Source: a bacterium
GTDB taxonomy: Bacteria > Patescibacteriota > Minisyncoccia > Minisyncoccales > UBA1441
Direction: 5' to 3'
NCBI GenBank assembly: GCA_029559515.1
Contig: JAKQBO010000009.1
Location: forward strand, 1 to 38,384
DNA length: 38,384 bases
The notes beneath the pieces were generated by a model. The model was not told where the DNA came from. It ran no database searches and saw nothing but the letters and a program-made list of their open reading frames with translations. This document shows positions 1 through 8,660 of the stretch, in pieces. The first letter of the stretch is position 1. Every line of letters starts with the position of its first letter. A program made the translations under genes and the position numbers.

Positions 1-1
1 G

Positions 2-72
2 TGGAGTTAGAGGGAATCGAACCCTCATCTCGGCCATGCGAAGGCCGCGCTCGGCCATTGAGCTATAACCCC
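2..72 (-). tRNA. tRNA-Ala(CGC)
   Basis: Reverse complement folds as a cloverleaf: acceptor GGGGTTA/TAACTCC with the G3:U70 Ala identity pair, anticodon loop TT-CGC-AT, T-loop TTCGATT. The 3' end runs to the window edge. Confidence 0.95.
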
Positions 73-78
73 TAATAA

Positions 79-291
79 TTATGATTTTTTGTTCAGCTCC
101 GCCAGCAGATCCGATAAAGGCAGGCCGTACCGTTCGGCCACCTGTCCCAAGGATAGTTGGCTGATTTCGTAAGCCGCCAGAGGACAGCTGAGGCAGGGCA
201 GTTGATAGCGGGCTAAAATCTCTGCCGCTCCGGGACGATCGAGAATTTTGGCTAAATTCGTTTCTGCGGTAATTTTTTTCATCTTGGCCAT
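79..291 (-). CDS. Small CxxC protein, DUF1858-like (hybrid-cluster-associated redox disulfide domain)
   Basis: KITAETNLAKIL..PGAAEILARYQLPCLSCPLAAYE..LGQVAERYGL..DLLAELN resembles DUF1858. Start moved to ATG 291 (or 282) because the ORF-track extension to 375 overlaps the divergent promoter and gene. Confidence 0.75.
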   Translation of the reverse strand: MAKMKKITAETNLAKILDRPGAAEILARYQLPCLSCPLAAYEISQLSLGQVAERYGLPLSDLLAELNKKS

Positions 292-300
292 ACTACACTT

Positions 301-309
301 AAGATAGCA
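301..309 (-). promoter_or_regulatory. Extended -10 element (TGcTATCTT) of the CxxC gene
   Basis: TG-N-TATCTT ends 9 nt upstream of ATG 291. Confidence 0.45.
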
Positions 310-330
310 CAAAAGGCTATTTTCGGCCAT

Positions 331-359
331 TTGCTCCGGCCAAGACAATGGGATACAAT
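331..359 (+). promoter_or_regulatory. Sigma70-type promoter TTGCTC-N17-TACAAT
   Basis: -35 at 331-336, -10 at 354-359, 8 nt before ATG 368. Confidence 0.55.
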
Positions 360-367
360 CAGGGATC

Positions 368-1291
368 ATGAACAAGATAATTTACCTGGGAATGGTTATT
401 TTAGCCTTTGGTTTGCTTGGCGCCGGCCCAGCTTCAGCCGAAACAGTTACTGATGTACCGCTCTTTAGCAAGCTCGACCCCGAATCAGCTTCAATGTTGG
501 CAACCACGATTGTCCTTGGTTTTGTAGACGGGCTTAACCCATACTCTCTCTGGGGGCTGGTTTTTCTCTTAGGAATCGTCATGACTGCCGGCTCTCGCTC
601 CCGGGCAGTCATTGTCGGGCTAACCTATTTAGTAGTTGTTGGCCTGACCTACGGCCTGATGACCGTCGGCTTTTTGAATGTTTTTTCTCGCTTCTCTCAT
701 CAGTATCTGCTCCAGGTCATTGTCGGCCTGGTAGCCATGGTTTTTGCTTTAATTAATATTTATGATTATTTCCGCGGCCGGGACAAGTCAACCTTGGTGG
801 CTCCCAAAAGACAGTCTCGACTGCGCCAAAGAATCCAAAAAGTTATGAGCCCGACCAACGGCATCGGCACTCTGATTATCGGAACGGTGGTGGTGGCTTT
901 AGGGATGACAATTCTTGAATTCCCCCTAAGCTTTTCCACGCCTCTAATCTGGACTAATATTATAGCTCGGCATCAAGTTAACTTGCTCGTCTTCCTTCTG
1001 CTGTTGCTAGTATATCTACTGATTTATCTATTCGATGAATTCATTGTTTTCTTTTCAATCATCTTTGCCTTGGGCAAAAATAAGTCCCACCAAAATAGAG
1101 AGTCGGCTCTAAAGTTAATCGGTGGAACCGTTATCTTCTTTTTGGCCATTGCTTTAATTATGGATCTAGAACTCCTGAACACTTTGACCGGATCATTGCT
1201 CCTCTTTGGCTTAGCCTTAGCCGTTTCTTTTTCGATTCTAATAATTTTTCCCGATCGCCGAAAAAAGCTTGAGATTAAGAGCTCCACTTAA
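368..1291 (+). CDS. DsbD/CcdA-transmembrane-like polytopic membrane protein lacking cysteines
   Basis: Signal peptide, then about 7 TM segments. GFVDGLNPYS and LEFPLS align with the family motifs DGxNPC and ELPCT, but neither Cys is present. Confidence 0.65.
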   Translation: MNKIIYLGMVILAFGLLGAGPASAETVTDVPLFSKLDPESASMLATTIVLGFVDGLNPYSLWGLVFLLGIVMTAGSRSRAVIVGLTYLVVVGLTYGLMTVGFLNVFSRFSHQYLLQVIVGLVAMVFALINIYDYFRGRDKSTLVAPKRQSRLRQRIQKVMSPTNGIGTLIIGTVVVALGMTILEFPLSFSTPLIWTNIIARHQVNLLVFLLLLLVYLLIYLFDEFIVFFSIIFALGKNKSHQNRESALKLIGGTVIFFLAIALIMDLELLNTLTGSLLLFGLALAVSFSILIIFPDRRKKLEIKSST

Positions 1292-3956
1292 GTTTCACTC
1301 GGACTGTTATCATTTTCCTGATTTCTTCACCGATTATGACTGTGGCCGCCAAGCTAATGGCCATCAACCATTCGCTTAGAGTCAGGGATGTTGTCCGGAA
1401 AACTGCCTGCATCCAAGGGTTATAGACTACCAGCATCTGAAGCGGAATAACGGCGAGCATGACTCCAAGCAACCAGCGATTGCTTAATGGGTTCAGCTGA
1501 AAAATTGATTTGTTTTGGCTACGGCAATTCCAAGCATTAAACCACTGAGAAATAGCCATCGTTGTTAAGGCCAGAGTCTGGGCTTTAGCTAAATCAAAAT
1601 CAGCAAAATTAGAGTATTGGCTAAAAAGCCAGAGCGTTCCGAGCATCATTGGAACTGACATTAGTAATATTCTCAGGCCCATCAGTGAATCAACCAAGTG
1701 CTGCTTGGTTTTTCTAGACTTGGCCTTAAGGAGGCCCTCTGCCTTTGGCTCAAAGGCCAGGGCCACATCCAGGGAACCGTCGGTTACCACATTCAACCAG
1801 ATGATCTGAGCGGCGGTCAGCGGTAGTGGCAGACGCAGCAAGAAGGCAGCTGAAATAAGCAAAATTTCTCCGGCCGAAGTGGCAAAAAGATACAGAATAA
1901 CTCTTTTGATGCTCTGATAAATTCCCCGGCCTTCTTCCACCGCGGCAACAATACTTTCTAGATTATCATCGAGCAAGATAATGTCCGAGGCCTCTTTAGC
2001 CACTTCGGTTCCCAGCCGTCCCATAGCTACCCCTAGGTCGGCGGCCATCAGAGAGGGAGCGTCATTAACTCCGTCTCCGGTCATGGCAACAACTTCTTTT
2101 CTTCGGCGATAAGCCTTGACAATCCTGAGTTTATGCTTCGGAGTCACCCGGGCAAAGACACTCACCCGGTTCAGTTTCATTTCCAGTTCTTCATCTGACA
2201 TTTGGTCGAGCTCGGAGCCGCTTAAGCTCCGGTCTCCTTCAAGGAAGATATTTGCTTCCCGGGCGACCGCCCGGGCCGCCGCCTCGTAGTCTCCGGTAAT
2301 CATAGCAACTTTAAGCCCGGCCGCCTGTAGCTTCCTGACTGCCCGGGCCGCTTCCGGTCTTATTGCATCTCTCATTCCACAGAAACCCAGAAAATTAAGC
2401 TTCGGTAAATTCTTGGAATCTACCGATCCGCTAACTTCCCTCTCGGCAAAGGCCAGAACGCGCAAACCGTCTTCAGCCATCGCTTCAAAGATTTGTTTCA
2501 GCTCTGCCTTTCTTTCAGCTGTCAGCTGTAGCCGCTTATCTTCTTTTTGCCACCCTGAGCAGAAATCTACCACTATCTCCGGAGCCCCAACCACGATTAA
2601 GGTTTTTCTATCGCCTTCTTGAAAGACGGCGGCCTGGTACTTGGCTTGATAGTCGAAAGGCATTCTTTGAATCACCGGCTTTTCTTTTAAAAGATCTTCC
2701 CGCCTAACTCCCATTTTCTGAGCCAAAACTTGCAGAGCAGCTTCAGTGGGATCACCGGCCACGCGCCAACGATCCTCTTCCTCCAAGTAGGCTAGACGGG
2801 CCGAACCAGCAAAGGCAGCCGCCTGGGCTACCCGGAACAGCTCCGGCCATCTCTTTTCATCAGCCGGATGATCATTAAACAGAACCCGACCCTCGGGCTG
2901 GTAGCCGACTCCGGTAACCCGGAAGTGTTGGCCACTAACGTAAAGCTCTCGAACCACCAGCTCGTTTTTAGTAATGGTCCCAGTTTTATCAATAGCGATA
3001 ACATGAGCTTCGCCCAGGGATTCAACTGCCTGTAGTCTTTTAACCAGGACATTTCTTTTGCCCATTCGCCAGACTCCAGTTGCTAAAACCAAGGTAATTA
3101 CAACAGGTAACCCTTCCGGGATGACAGAAACAGCAATCGCAACAATCACCTCAAATGTCTCTAACATGTTTCGGCCGGTCAGCCAGGCAAAGGAAAAGAG
3201 GCCGGCAGCTACCACGGCAAAAGCGACAATAATCAAATGGGACAGCTTCTTGATGTTGTCCTTTAATGGTGAAGTGGTGTCGATTGCGGCAATCTCTTGT
3301 GATACCTGGCCAATGGCCGTGTTGACGCCCGTACCGACAACCACCGCCCGACCGACACCGGCCAGAACATAGGTCCCTTTAAAAACCATGTTCATCTGAT
3401 CAGCCAAAACAGCCTCACCCTTTATTGCTTCAGCCTTTTTATAGATCGGATGAGATTTTCCGGTCAGGGCGGCCTCGTCGATTCTGACTTGATGAGATTC
3501 AATTACTCGAGCATCGGCAGGAATCTTTTCGCCTTCCTGAAGCACAATAATGTCGCCCGGCACAATTTCTTTATCCGCAACAATTAGTTCCCGGCCTTCC
3601 CTGATAACCGTAGTATTGGTTTCCACAAATTTCTTCAGGGCCGTCAGGGCATTCTGAGCTTTTCCCTCCTGAACGGTGCCGATAACAGCGTTGAAGGTCA
3701 GCACCGCCAAAACAATTAGCCCGTCAATATAGTCGCCCAATAAAAAGAAAACTAGGCCGGCGCCCAAGAGAACGTAAATGAGCGGACTTCTGAACTGATG
3801 CCAGAAAATAGTCAATAGGCTGTCGACTTTAGCCTCGGGAAGCTTATTCGGACCAACCTGGCTGATTCTTTCTTTAACCTCTTGCTCCTTTAAGCCAGAA
3901 AGCCGACTATCAAGCTTCTGAATGACCTCATCTGGGCTGAGGTTGTACCAGTTCAT
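1275..3956 (-). CDS. P-type cation-transporting ATPase (P2A, Ca2+/SERCA-SPCA-like)
   Basis: IPEGLP, DKTGT phosphorylation motif, GDPTE, MITGD, TGDGVND, M6 NVVTDG. The A-domain motif reads TGKS instead of TGES. Confidence 0.93.
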   Translation of the reverse strand: MNWYNLSPDEVIQKLDSRLSGLKEQEVKERISQVGPNKLPEAKVDSLLTIFWHQFRSPLIYVLLGAGLVFFLLGDYIDGLIVLAVLTFNAVIGTVQEGKAQNALTALKKFVETNTTVIREGRELIVADKEIVPGDIIVLQEGEKIPADARVIESHQVRIDEAALTGKSHPIYKKAEAIKGEAVLADQMNMVFKGTYVLAGVGRAVVVGTGVNTAIGQVSQEIAAIDTTSPLKDNIKKLSHLIIVAFAVVAAGLFSFAWLTGRNMLETFEVIVAIAVSVIPEGLPVVITLVLATGVWRMGKRNVLVKRLQAVESLGEAHVIAIDKTGTITKNELVVRELYVSGQHFRVTGVGYQPEGRVLFNDHPADEKRWPELFRVAQAAAFAGSARLAYLEEEDRWRVAGDPTEAALQVLAQKMGVRREDLLKEKPVIQRMPFDYQAKYQAAVFQEGDRKTLIVVGAPEIVVDFCSGWQKEDKRLQLTAERKAELKQIFEAMAEDGLRVLAFAEREVSGSVDSKNLPKLNFLGFCGMRDAIRPEAARAVRKLQAAGLKVAMITGDYEAAARAVAREANIFLEGDRSLSGSELDQMSDEELEMKLNRVSVFARVTPKHKLRIVKAYRRRKEVVAMTGDGVNDAPSLMAADLGVAMGRLGTEVAKEASDIILLDDNLESIVAAVEEGRGIYQSIKRVILYLFATSAGEILLISAAFLLRLPLPLTAAQIIWLNVVTDGSLDVALAFEPKAEGLLKAKSRKTKQHLVDSLMGLRILLMSVPMMLGTLWLFSQYSNFADFDLAKAQTLALTTMAISQWFNAWNCRSQNKSIFQLNPLSNRWLLGVMLAVIPLQMLVVYNPWMQAVFRTTSLTLSEWLMAISLAATVIIGEEIRKMITVRVKLKWSS

Positions 3957-3989
3957 CTTAAACGTTTTTGCTAATTGTTATAAACACAG

Positions 3990-4060
3990 TCGGGACACCG
4001 AGATTCGAACTCGGACCAGAGCCACCCGAAGGCCCCGTGCTGCCATTACACCATGCCCCG
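3990..4060 (-). tRNA. tRNA-Pro(CGG)
   Basis: Acceptor CGGGGCA/TGTCCCG, anticodon loop TT-CGG-GT, T-loop TTCGAAT. CCA not encoded. Confidence 0.95.
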
Positions 4061-5518
4061 TTATTTGACATAAAACTTTTCTCGGATCGAAAGATCTTCT
4101 TCTTGCCTCACCTTATCTATTTCTTGCTTTGATTTTTCCGCCTGTTCCATCAGCTTTTCATCTGAAAGCTGGCCGAGCCTTCTGACTTCCTCAAGCAAAA
4201 TTTCTTTTTTATTTTTCTTCGGATCTTCTAAAACCTGCTCTAATAGAATATGCAAGACCTGACCAATCTTGGGTCCGGGTTTGATGTCTAAAGCCTGCAT
4301 AATGTCATAGCCGTTGACGGCCAGCATCTCGGTTGAGATCGGATCCTGAGCCAGGTGTTCAACCATATACTCCAGGTGCCGAAGCTTATAGGGCTTAGCC
4401 TTGGGCACTCCTGAACCGATTCGGTCGGCCATGCGGACCTGGATCAGGTCGGGGATGTTTTCCAAACCAACCCGGCGAATCAGCTTTCGCACCGAGGACT
4501 CGCCAACTTCGTCAACATTATAGTAGAAAAGATGATAACGAACCAGTCTGACCACTTGCCTGATGTCCTGACTTGGAAATCTCAGGCGTTTCATTATCTT
4601 TTCGGTCATATTAGCCCCAACTACCTCGTGGTTGTAAAAAGTCGCCTCTGCTCCTTGGCCGCTTTTTGTCTTTGGCTTGGCAACGTCATGCAATAAAGCC
4701 GCTAGGCGAACATGAAGATTAAACCCTTGCTCGGCCGCATAGCGCAGCGAGCGGATTGAATGCTCATAAACATTGTAAATATGGTGTTTGTTTTGATCAA
4801 CATCATATCCTTCTTCTAGCTCGGGGATGATATAACGCAGCAATCCAACTTGCCTCAAAAGGTCAACTCCTTCAGCGGCACGGACGCTCATAATAATTTT
4901 AACTAATTCGTCTCGAATTCTTTCCGCCGAAATGTTTTTCAACAGATGAGCCTGTTTTTGGATGGCCTGAATGGTTTTAAATTCAATTTCAAAATCTAGT
5001 GTTGTTGCTAGCCGGACAGCTCTCATCATGCGCAGAGCGTCTTCGTTAAAGCGTTCATCGGGTTGGCCAACGGCTCTGATAATATGATCGGCCAAGTCCT
5101 GCTGCCCTTCAAAGGGGTCAACTAATATTGTTTTGTCGTCTTTAACTTCTAAAGCAATGGCGTTGATGGTAAAGTCGCGCCGAGCCAAGTCCTCTTGTAA
5201 ACTGTCAATGAAATCAATCTTGCTCGGATGGCGTTGGTCGCGGTAGTCTCTTTCAATTCGGTAAGGCATAACCTGAATCTCCTTCAGGCTGCTCTCGGAA
5301 CTGCCGGTTAAGACCGTGACCATGCCAAAATTATTATCAATAAAGTGCTTTTTAAATAATTTGGTAATCTCCGGCGGCCGGGCATTGGTCGTCACATCCC
5401 AATCATTGGGTTTTTGATCCAGAATTAAATCCCGAACACAGCCGCCGACCAAGTAAGCCTCGTAGCCGGATTTCTTTAAAGTGGCCACAACTTCTTTTAC
5501 TTCTTTAGGAATAGTCAT
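4061..5518 (-). CDS. cca: CCA tRNA nucleotidyltransferase (class II) with HD domain
   Basis: VGGCVRD..DWDVTT, RRDFTINA, EDALR nucleotide-templating motif, and LLHDVAK...FYNHE HD domain. Confidence 0.9.
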   Translation of the reverse strand: MTIPKEVKEVVATLKKSGYEAYLVGGCVRDLILDQKPNDWDVTTNARPPEITKLFKKHFIDNNFGMVTVLTGSSESSLKEIQVMPYRIERDYRDQRHPSKIDFIDSLQEDLARRDFTINAIALEVKDDKTILVDPFEGQQDLADHIIRAVGQPDERFNEDALRMMRAVRLATTLDFEIEFKTIQAIQKQAHLLKNISAERIRDELVKIIMSVRAAEGVDLLRQVGLLRYIIPELEEGYDVDQNKHHIYNVYEHSIRSLRYAAEQGFNLHVRLAALLHDVAKPKTKSGQGAEATFYNHEVVGANMTEKIMKRLRFPSQDIRQVVRLVRYHLFYYNVDEVGESSVRKLIRRVGLENIPDLIQVRMADRIGSGVPKAKPYKLRHLEYMVEHLAQDPISTEMLAVNGYDIMQALDIKPGPKIGQVLHILLEQVLEDPKKNKKEILLEEVRRLGQLSDEKLMEQAEKSKQEIDKVRQEEDLSIREKFYVK

Positions 5519-5524
5519 GGCTTT

Positions 5525-5553
5525 ATTCTAACGGAATCGTCCCGGGCTTTCAA
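5525..5553 (-). promoter_or_regulatory. Sigma70 promoter of cca, TTGAAA-N17-TAGAAT (leaderless geometry)
   Basis: -35 at 5553-5548 and -10 at 5530-5525, only 6 nt before ATG 5518. Confidence 0.7.
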
Positions 5554-5594
5554 TTGACCTATGGGAGTTTTTATGATTAAATGGCCCTAGCTCG

Positions 5595-5668
5595 GCGCCC
5601 GTAGCTCAATCGGATAGAGTGAATGCCTTCGAAGCATTAGGTTGCAGGTTCGAGTCCTGCCGGGCGCA
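5595..5668 (+). tRNA. tRNA-Arg(TCG)
   Basis: Acceptor GCGCCCG/CGGGCGC, D-loop with GGA (A20 Arg identity), anticodon loop CT-TCG-AA. CCA not encoded. Confidence 0.95.
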
Positions 5669-5682
5669 CTTATCGTTGCCCA

Positions 5683-5754
5683 GCCCCCATAACTCAACGG
5701 TAGAGTAGCTGCCTCTTAAGCAGTAAGTTCTAGGTTCGAATCCTAGTGGGGGCA
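5683..5754 (+). tRNA. tRNA-Lys(CTT)
   Basis: Acceptor GCCCCCA/TGGGGGC, anticodon loop CT-CTT-AA, T-loop TTCGAAT. CCA not encoded. Confidence 0.95.
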
Positions 5755-5773
5755 CTAATTAATCATTAAGTAT

Positions 5774-5968
5774 ATGAGTGAAGACTCTGAAAAGAAAAAT
5801 CCAGATACTGGATCGGCTGAAGCCCAGATCGAAGCCATAAATCAACGCCTAGAAAAGCTGTCCCAGCACTTTGAGAAACACCCCAAAGACAAACATTCGC
5901 GGCGTGGCTTATTAGCCTTGATTAATCGGCGACGCCGGAATTTGGAGTATCTTAAAAAAGACAAATGA
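5774..5968 (+). CDS. rpsO: 30S ribosomal protein S15, shortened (64 aa)
   Basis: DTGSAEAQI...LSQHFEKHPKDKHSRRGLL..I.RRRR.LEYLK is the S15 signature, in the usual position upstream of pnp. Confidence 0.9.
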   Translation: MSEDSEKKNPDTGSAEAQIEAINQRLEKLSQHFEKHPKDKHSRRGLLALINRRRRNLEYLKKDK

Positions 5969-6495
5969 AAAAATCAAAAGAACAGCGCGTCGGGGTGTTT
6001 ATCGACGTCCAGAACCTTTATCACACCGCCAAAAATATCTATAAAACTCGAGTTGATTTTGGCCAAATCCTAAAAGAGGCCATTGACGGACGAAAGCTGA
6101 TTCGGGCTTTCGCTTATGTTATTCGAACTAAGGGCGGTGAAGAGAAGGCTTTCTTTGACGCCTTGAGCCAACTCGGTATTGAAACCCGGGTCAAAGACCT
6201 TAAGGAGTTTTACAGTGGCGTCAAGAAGGCCAACTGGGATGTCGGCCTGGCCGTTGATGCAATCCGAGTCGGCCCTGGAGTAGATGTAGTTGTGATCGTC
6301 TCCGGAGACGGAGACTTCGCTCCCCTGGTTGAATATTTAAAAAACCGGGGCAAGCGAGTAGAAGTGGTTGCTTTTGGAAAAACTACCGCTCAGGAATTAA
6401 TTGAAGTGGCTGATGAATTTATTAATCTCGACCAAAACTCAGGACACTTTCTAATGAAAGAGAAGTTCTACAGCCGTCTGATAAAAAATCAATAA
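5965..6495 (+). CDS. NYN-domain (LabA/DUF88, PIN-like) protein, putative ribonuclease
   Basis: FIDVQNLY, K.NWDVGLAVDA, VSGDGDFAPL, GKRVEV and LIEVADEFI acidic motifs. Confidence 0.88.
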   Translation: MKKSKEQRVGVFIDVQNLYHTAKNIYKTRVDFGQILKEAIDGRKLIRAFAYVIRTKGGEEKAFFDALSQLGIETRVKDLKEFYSGVKKANWDVGLAVDAIRVGPGVDVVVIVSGDGDFAPLVEYLKNRGKRVEVVAFGKTTAQELIEVADEFINLDQNSGHFLMKEKFYSRLIKNQ

Positions 6496-6498
6496 AAT

Positions 6499-8649
6499 AT
6501 GATAGGTGAAAAACAATTCAAAAAAGAAATTGCCGGGCAGGAATTTGAAGTCCGGATTGGCCAGATAGCCAATCAGGCTAATAGTAGCGTTATTGTTCGG
6601 CAAGGCGAAACCACCGTTATGGTTACTGTCTGTTCCGGCAGCAACCAGCACGGCAAAGATTTCTTTCCTTTAACCGTAGATTATGAAGAGCGCTATTATG
6701 CCGCTGGTAAGATTTTGGGGTCCCGGTTTATGCGGCGAGAGGGTCACCCCTCCGACGAGGCCACTTTAACCGGTCGATTAATTGATCGATCAATTCGGCC
6801 CCTCTTCCCGGAAAGTTTTAGAAATGAAGTTCAAGTAATTATTACCGTTCTTTCATTCGACGGAATTAATGATCCGGACGTCCCCGGCTTACTGGGAGCC
6901 TCGATTGCGCTGTCGCTGTCTGACCTCCCCTGGCAAGGGCCGATTGCTCCCTGCCGAGTTGGCTATCTAGATAATCAATGGAAGATTAACCCCTCTTACG
7001 AACAACAAGATCAGGCCGAGGTTTATTTAACCCTTTCCGCGGTTGAGGGAGAAAAAGAGATTTTAATCAACATGATTGAAGCCGCCGGGCAGGAGGCCGC
7101 TGAAGAAAAAATCGTCGAAGGACTAACCCAGGCCGAGCCAGTATTAAAAACGCTGATTCAGTTTCAGAAAGAAATTATCAACCAGTACTCCCCGACCAAG
7201 ATTCCGATCCCTGAAGTTGATATTTCTCTTGAAGCTCCAGTTGAGCAAAGCATCAGAAAGTTTATTCAAGAAAAATTAAATAATATTTTTCCGGTTCAGG
7301 CGGAGCAAGAGGTTAAGGAAGTTCTATCCCAGCTCCATCAAGCGCTTCAAGACTTTCTCAATCAGAACCATCCCGAGTGCTTGCCAGAGGGCTTCACTAT
7401 CCTAGAAGAGGAGCTTTATCAATTTATGCGACAACAGGTTCTAGATAACGATCAGCGGCTTGACGGTCGGGGGTTGAAAGAGATTCGGCCTCTCCAGGCT
7501 GAAGTTTCTTTGATTCCTCGAGTCCACGGATCGGGTCTCTTTCAACGAGGCCTGACTAAGGTTCTTTCTGTCGTTACTCTTGGACCAACCGGTGATTGCC
7601 GAAAACTCGAAGGCATGGAAGTGATCGAAGAACGGCGCTTTATGCACCACTACAACTTTCCGCCTTACTCAACCGGAGAGGTTAAGCCTCTCGTCGGCAC
7701 CAAGAGAAGAGAAATTGGACACGGCTATTTGGCTGAGAAGGCTCTCAGCCCCCTTATTCCCGATGTCGAAGACTTCCCTTACACGATTAGGCTGGTCTCA
7801 GAGTGTCTCTCTTCTAATGGCTCAACTTCCATGGGTTCGGTTTGCGCCTCTTCCCTTTCTTTGATGGATGCCGGAGTGCCAATTAAAGCTCCGGCGGCCG
7901 GTATTTCCGTTGGACTGGTTACCGGTCCAGACCACTATAAACTTCTAACCGACGTTCAGGGGGCCGAAGATCACTACGGTGACATGGACTTCAAGGTAGC
8001 CGGGACCAAACAAGGTGTTACGGCTATGCAGGTCGATGTTAAGATCAAAGGCTTAACTAAGCAGATGATCAATGAGGCCCTAGCTCAAGCCAAAGAAGCT
8101 CGCCTGGCTATTTTAGAGACAATGGCCCGGGCGATCGAGCGACCCCGGGATAATCTTTCTCCCTGGGCTCCAAAAATTGTAAGCGGACAAATTAATCCCA
8201 GCAAGATTGGTATGATCATCGGTCCCGGCGGACGAACGATCAATGCCCTAGTTGATAAACACGGCGTCACCATTGACATTGAGGACGACGGCCATGTTTA
8301 TGTTGCCGGGCCAGAAAGGCAGCAAGCTCAAAAAGCTCTTGATGAGATTATGGGAATGACTCATGAAGCCGAAGTTGGTGAAACTTTTGAAGGAAAGGTA
8401 ACTCGAATCTTCAATTTTGGAGCAATGATTGAGTTTTTACCCGGACAGGAGGGCCTGGTCCATATCTCCGAATTTGCTAATCACCGTATCGGACAAGTAG
8501 AAGACGTCGTCAAGGTTGGCGACACCATTCCTGTCAAAGTAATCGAAATAGACGAAAAAGGAAGAATAAACCTTTCGGCCAAGGCGGCCGGTTTTCAAGC
8601 CCCTCAAAAGGCAACCGGTGCCCGCCCTGGACGAACAAGTAAAAGCTGA
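6499..8649 (+). CDS. pnp: Polyribonucleotide nucleotidyltransferase (PNPase)
   Basis: DFFPLTVDYEE, RLIDRSIRPLFP, HHYNFPPYS, RREIGHG, SNGSTSMGS, EDHYGDMDFKVAGT, KH (IIGPGG) and S1 domains. Confidence 0.97.
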   Translation: MIGEKQFKKEIAGQEFEVRIGQIANQANSSVIVRQGETTVMVTVCSGSNQHGKDFFPLTVDYEERYYAAGKILGSRFMRREGHPSDEATLTGRLIDRSIRPLFPESFRNEVQVIITVLSFDGINDPDVPGLLGASIALSLSDLPWQGPIAPCRVGYLDNQWKINPSYEQQDQAEVYLTLSAVEGEKEILINMIEAAGQEAAEEKIVEGLTQAEPVLKTLIQFQKEIINQYSPTKIPIPEVDISLEAPVEQSIRKFIQEKLNNIFPVQAEQEVKEVLSQLHQALQDFLNQNHPECLPEGFTILEEELYQFMRQQVLDNDQRLDGRGLKEIRPLQAEVSLIPRVHGSGLFQRGLTKVLSVVTLGPTGDCRKLEGMEVIEERRFMHHYNFPPYSTGEVKPLVGTKRREIGHGYLAEKALSPLIPDVEDFPYTIRLVSECLSSNGSTSMGSVCASSLSLMDAGVPIKAPAAGISVGLVTGPDHYKLLTDVQGAEDHYGDMDFKVAGTKQGVTAMQVDVKIKGLTKQMINEALAQAKEARLAILETMARAIERPRDNLSPWAPKIVSGQINPSKIGMIIGPGGRTINALVDKHGVTIDIEDDGHVYVAGPERQQAQKALDEIMGMTHEAEVGETFEGKVTRIFNFGAMIEFLPGQEGLVHISEFANHRIGQVEDVVKVGDTIPVKVIEIDEKGRINLSAKAAGFQAPQKATGARPGRTSKS

Positions 8650-8660
8650 CGCTAACCATT

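Noticed and set aside
292-375. N-terminal extension of the 79..375 ORF
   Set aside because: It overlaps the divergent gene start and both promoter candidates; family similarity begins at MAKMKKIT.
1-5754. tRNA genes as prophage or island attachment sites
   Set aside because: No duplicated tRNA 3' end or integrase noticed in the window; the region beyond tRNA-Ala is not visible.
5966-5968. TGA recoding (code 25/4) or frameshift to explain the short S15
   Set aside because: Readthrough gives KNQKNSASGC..., not an S15 C-terminus, and TGA ends pnp, ruvC, yebC and the kinase at expected lengths.
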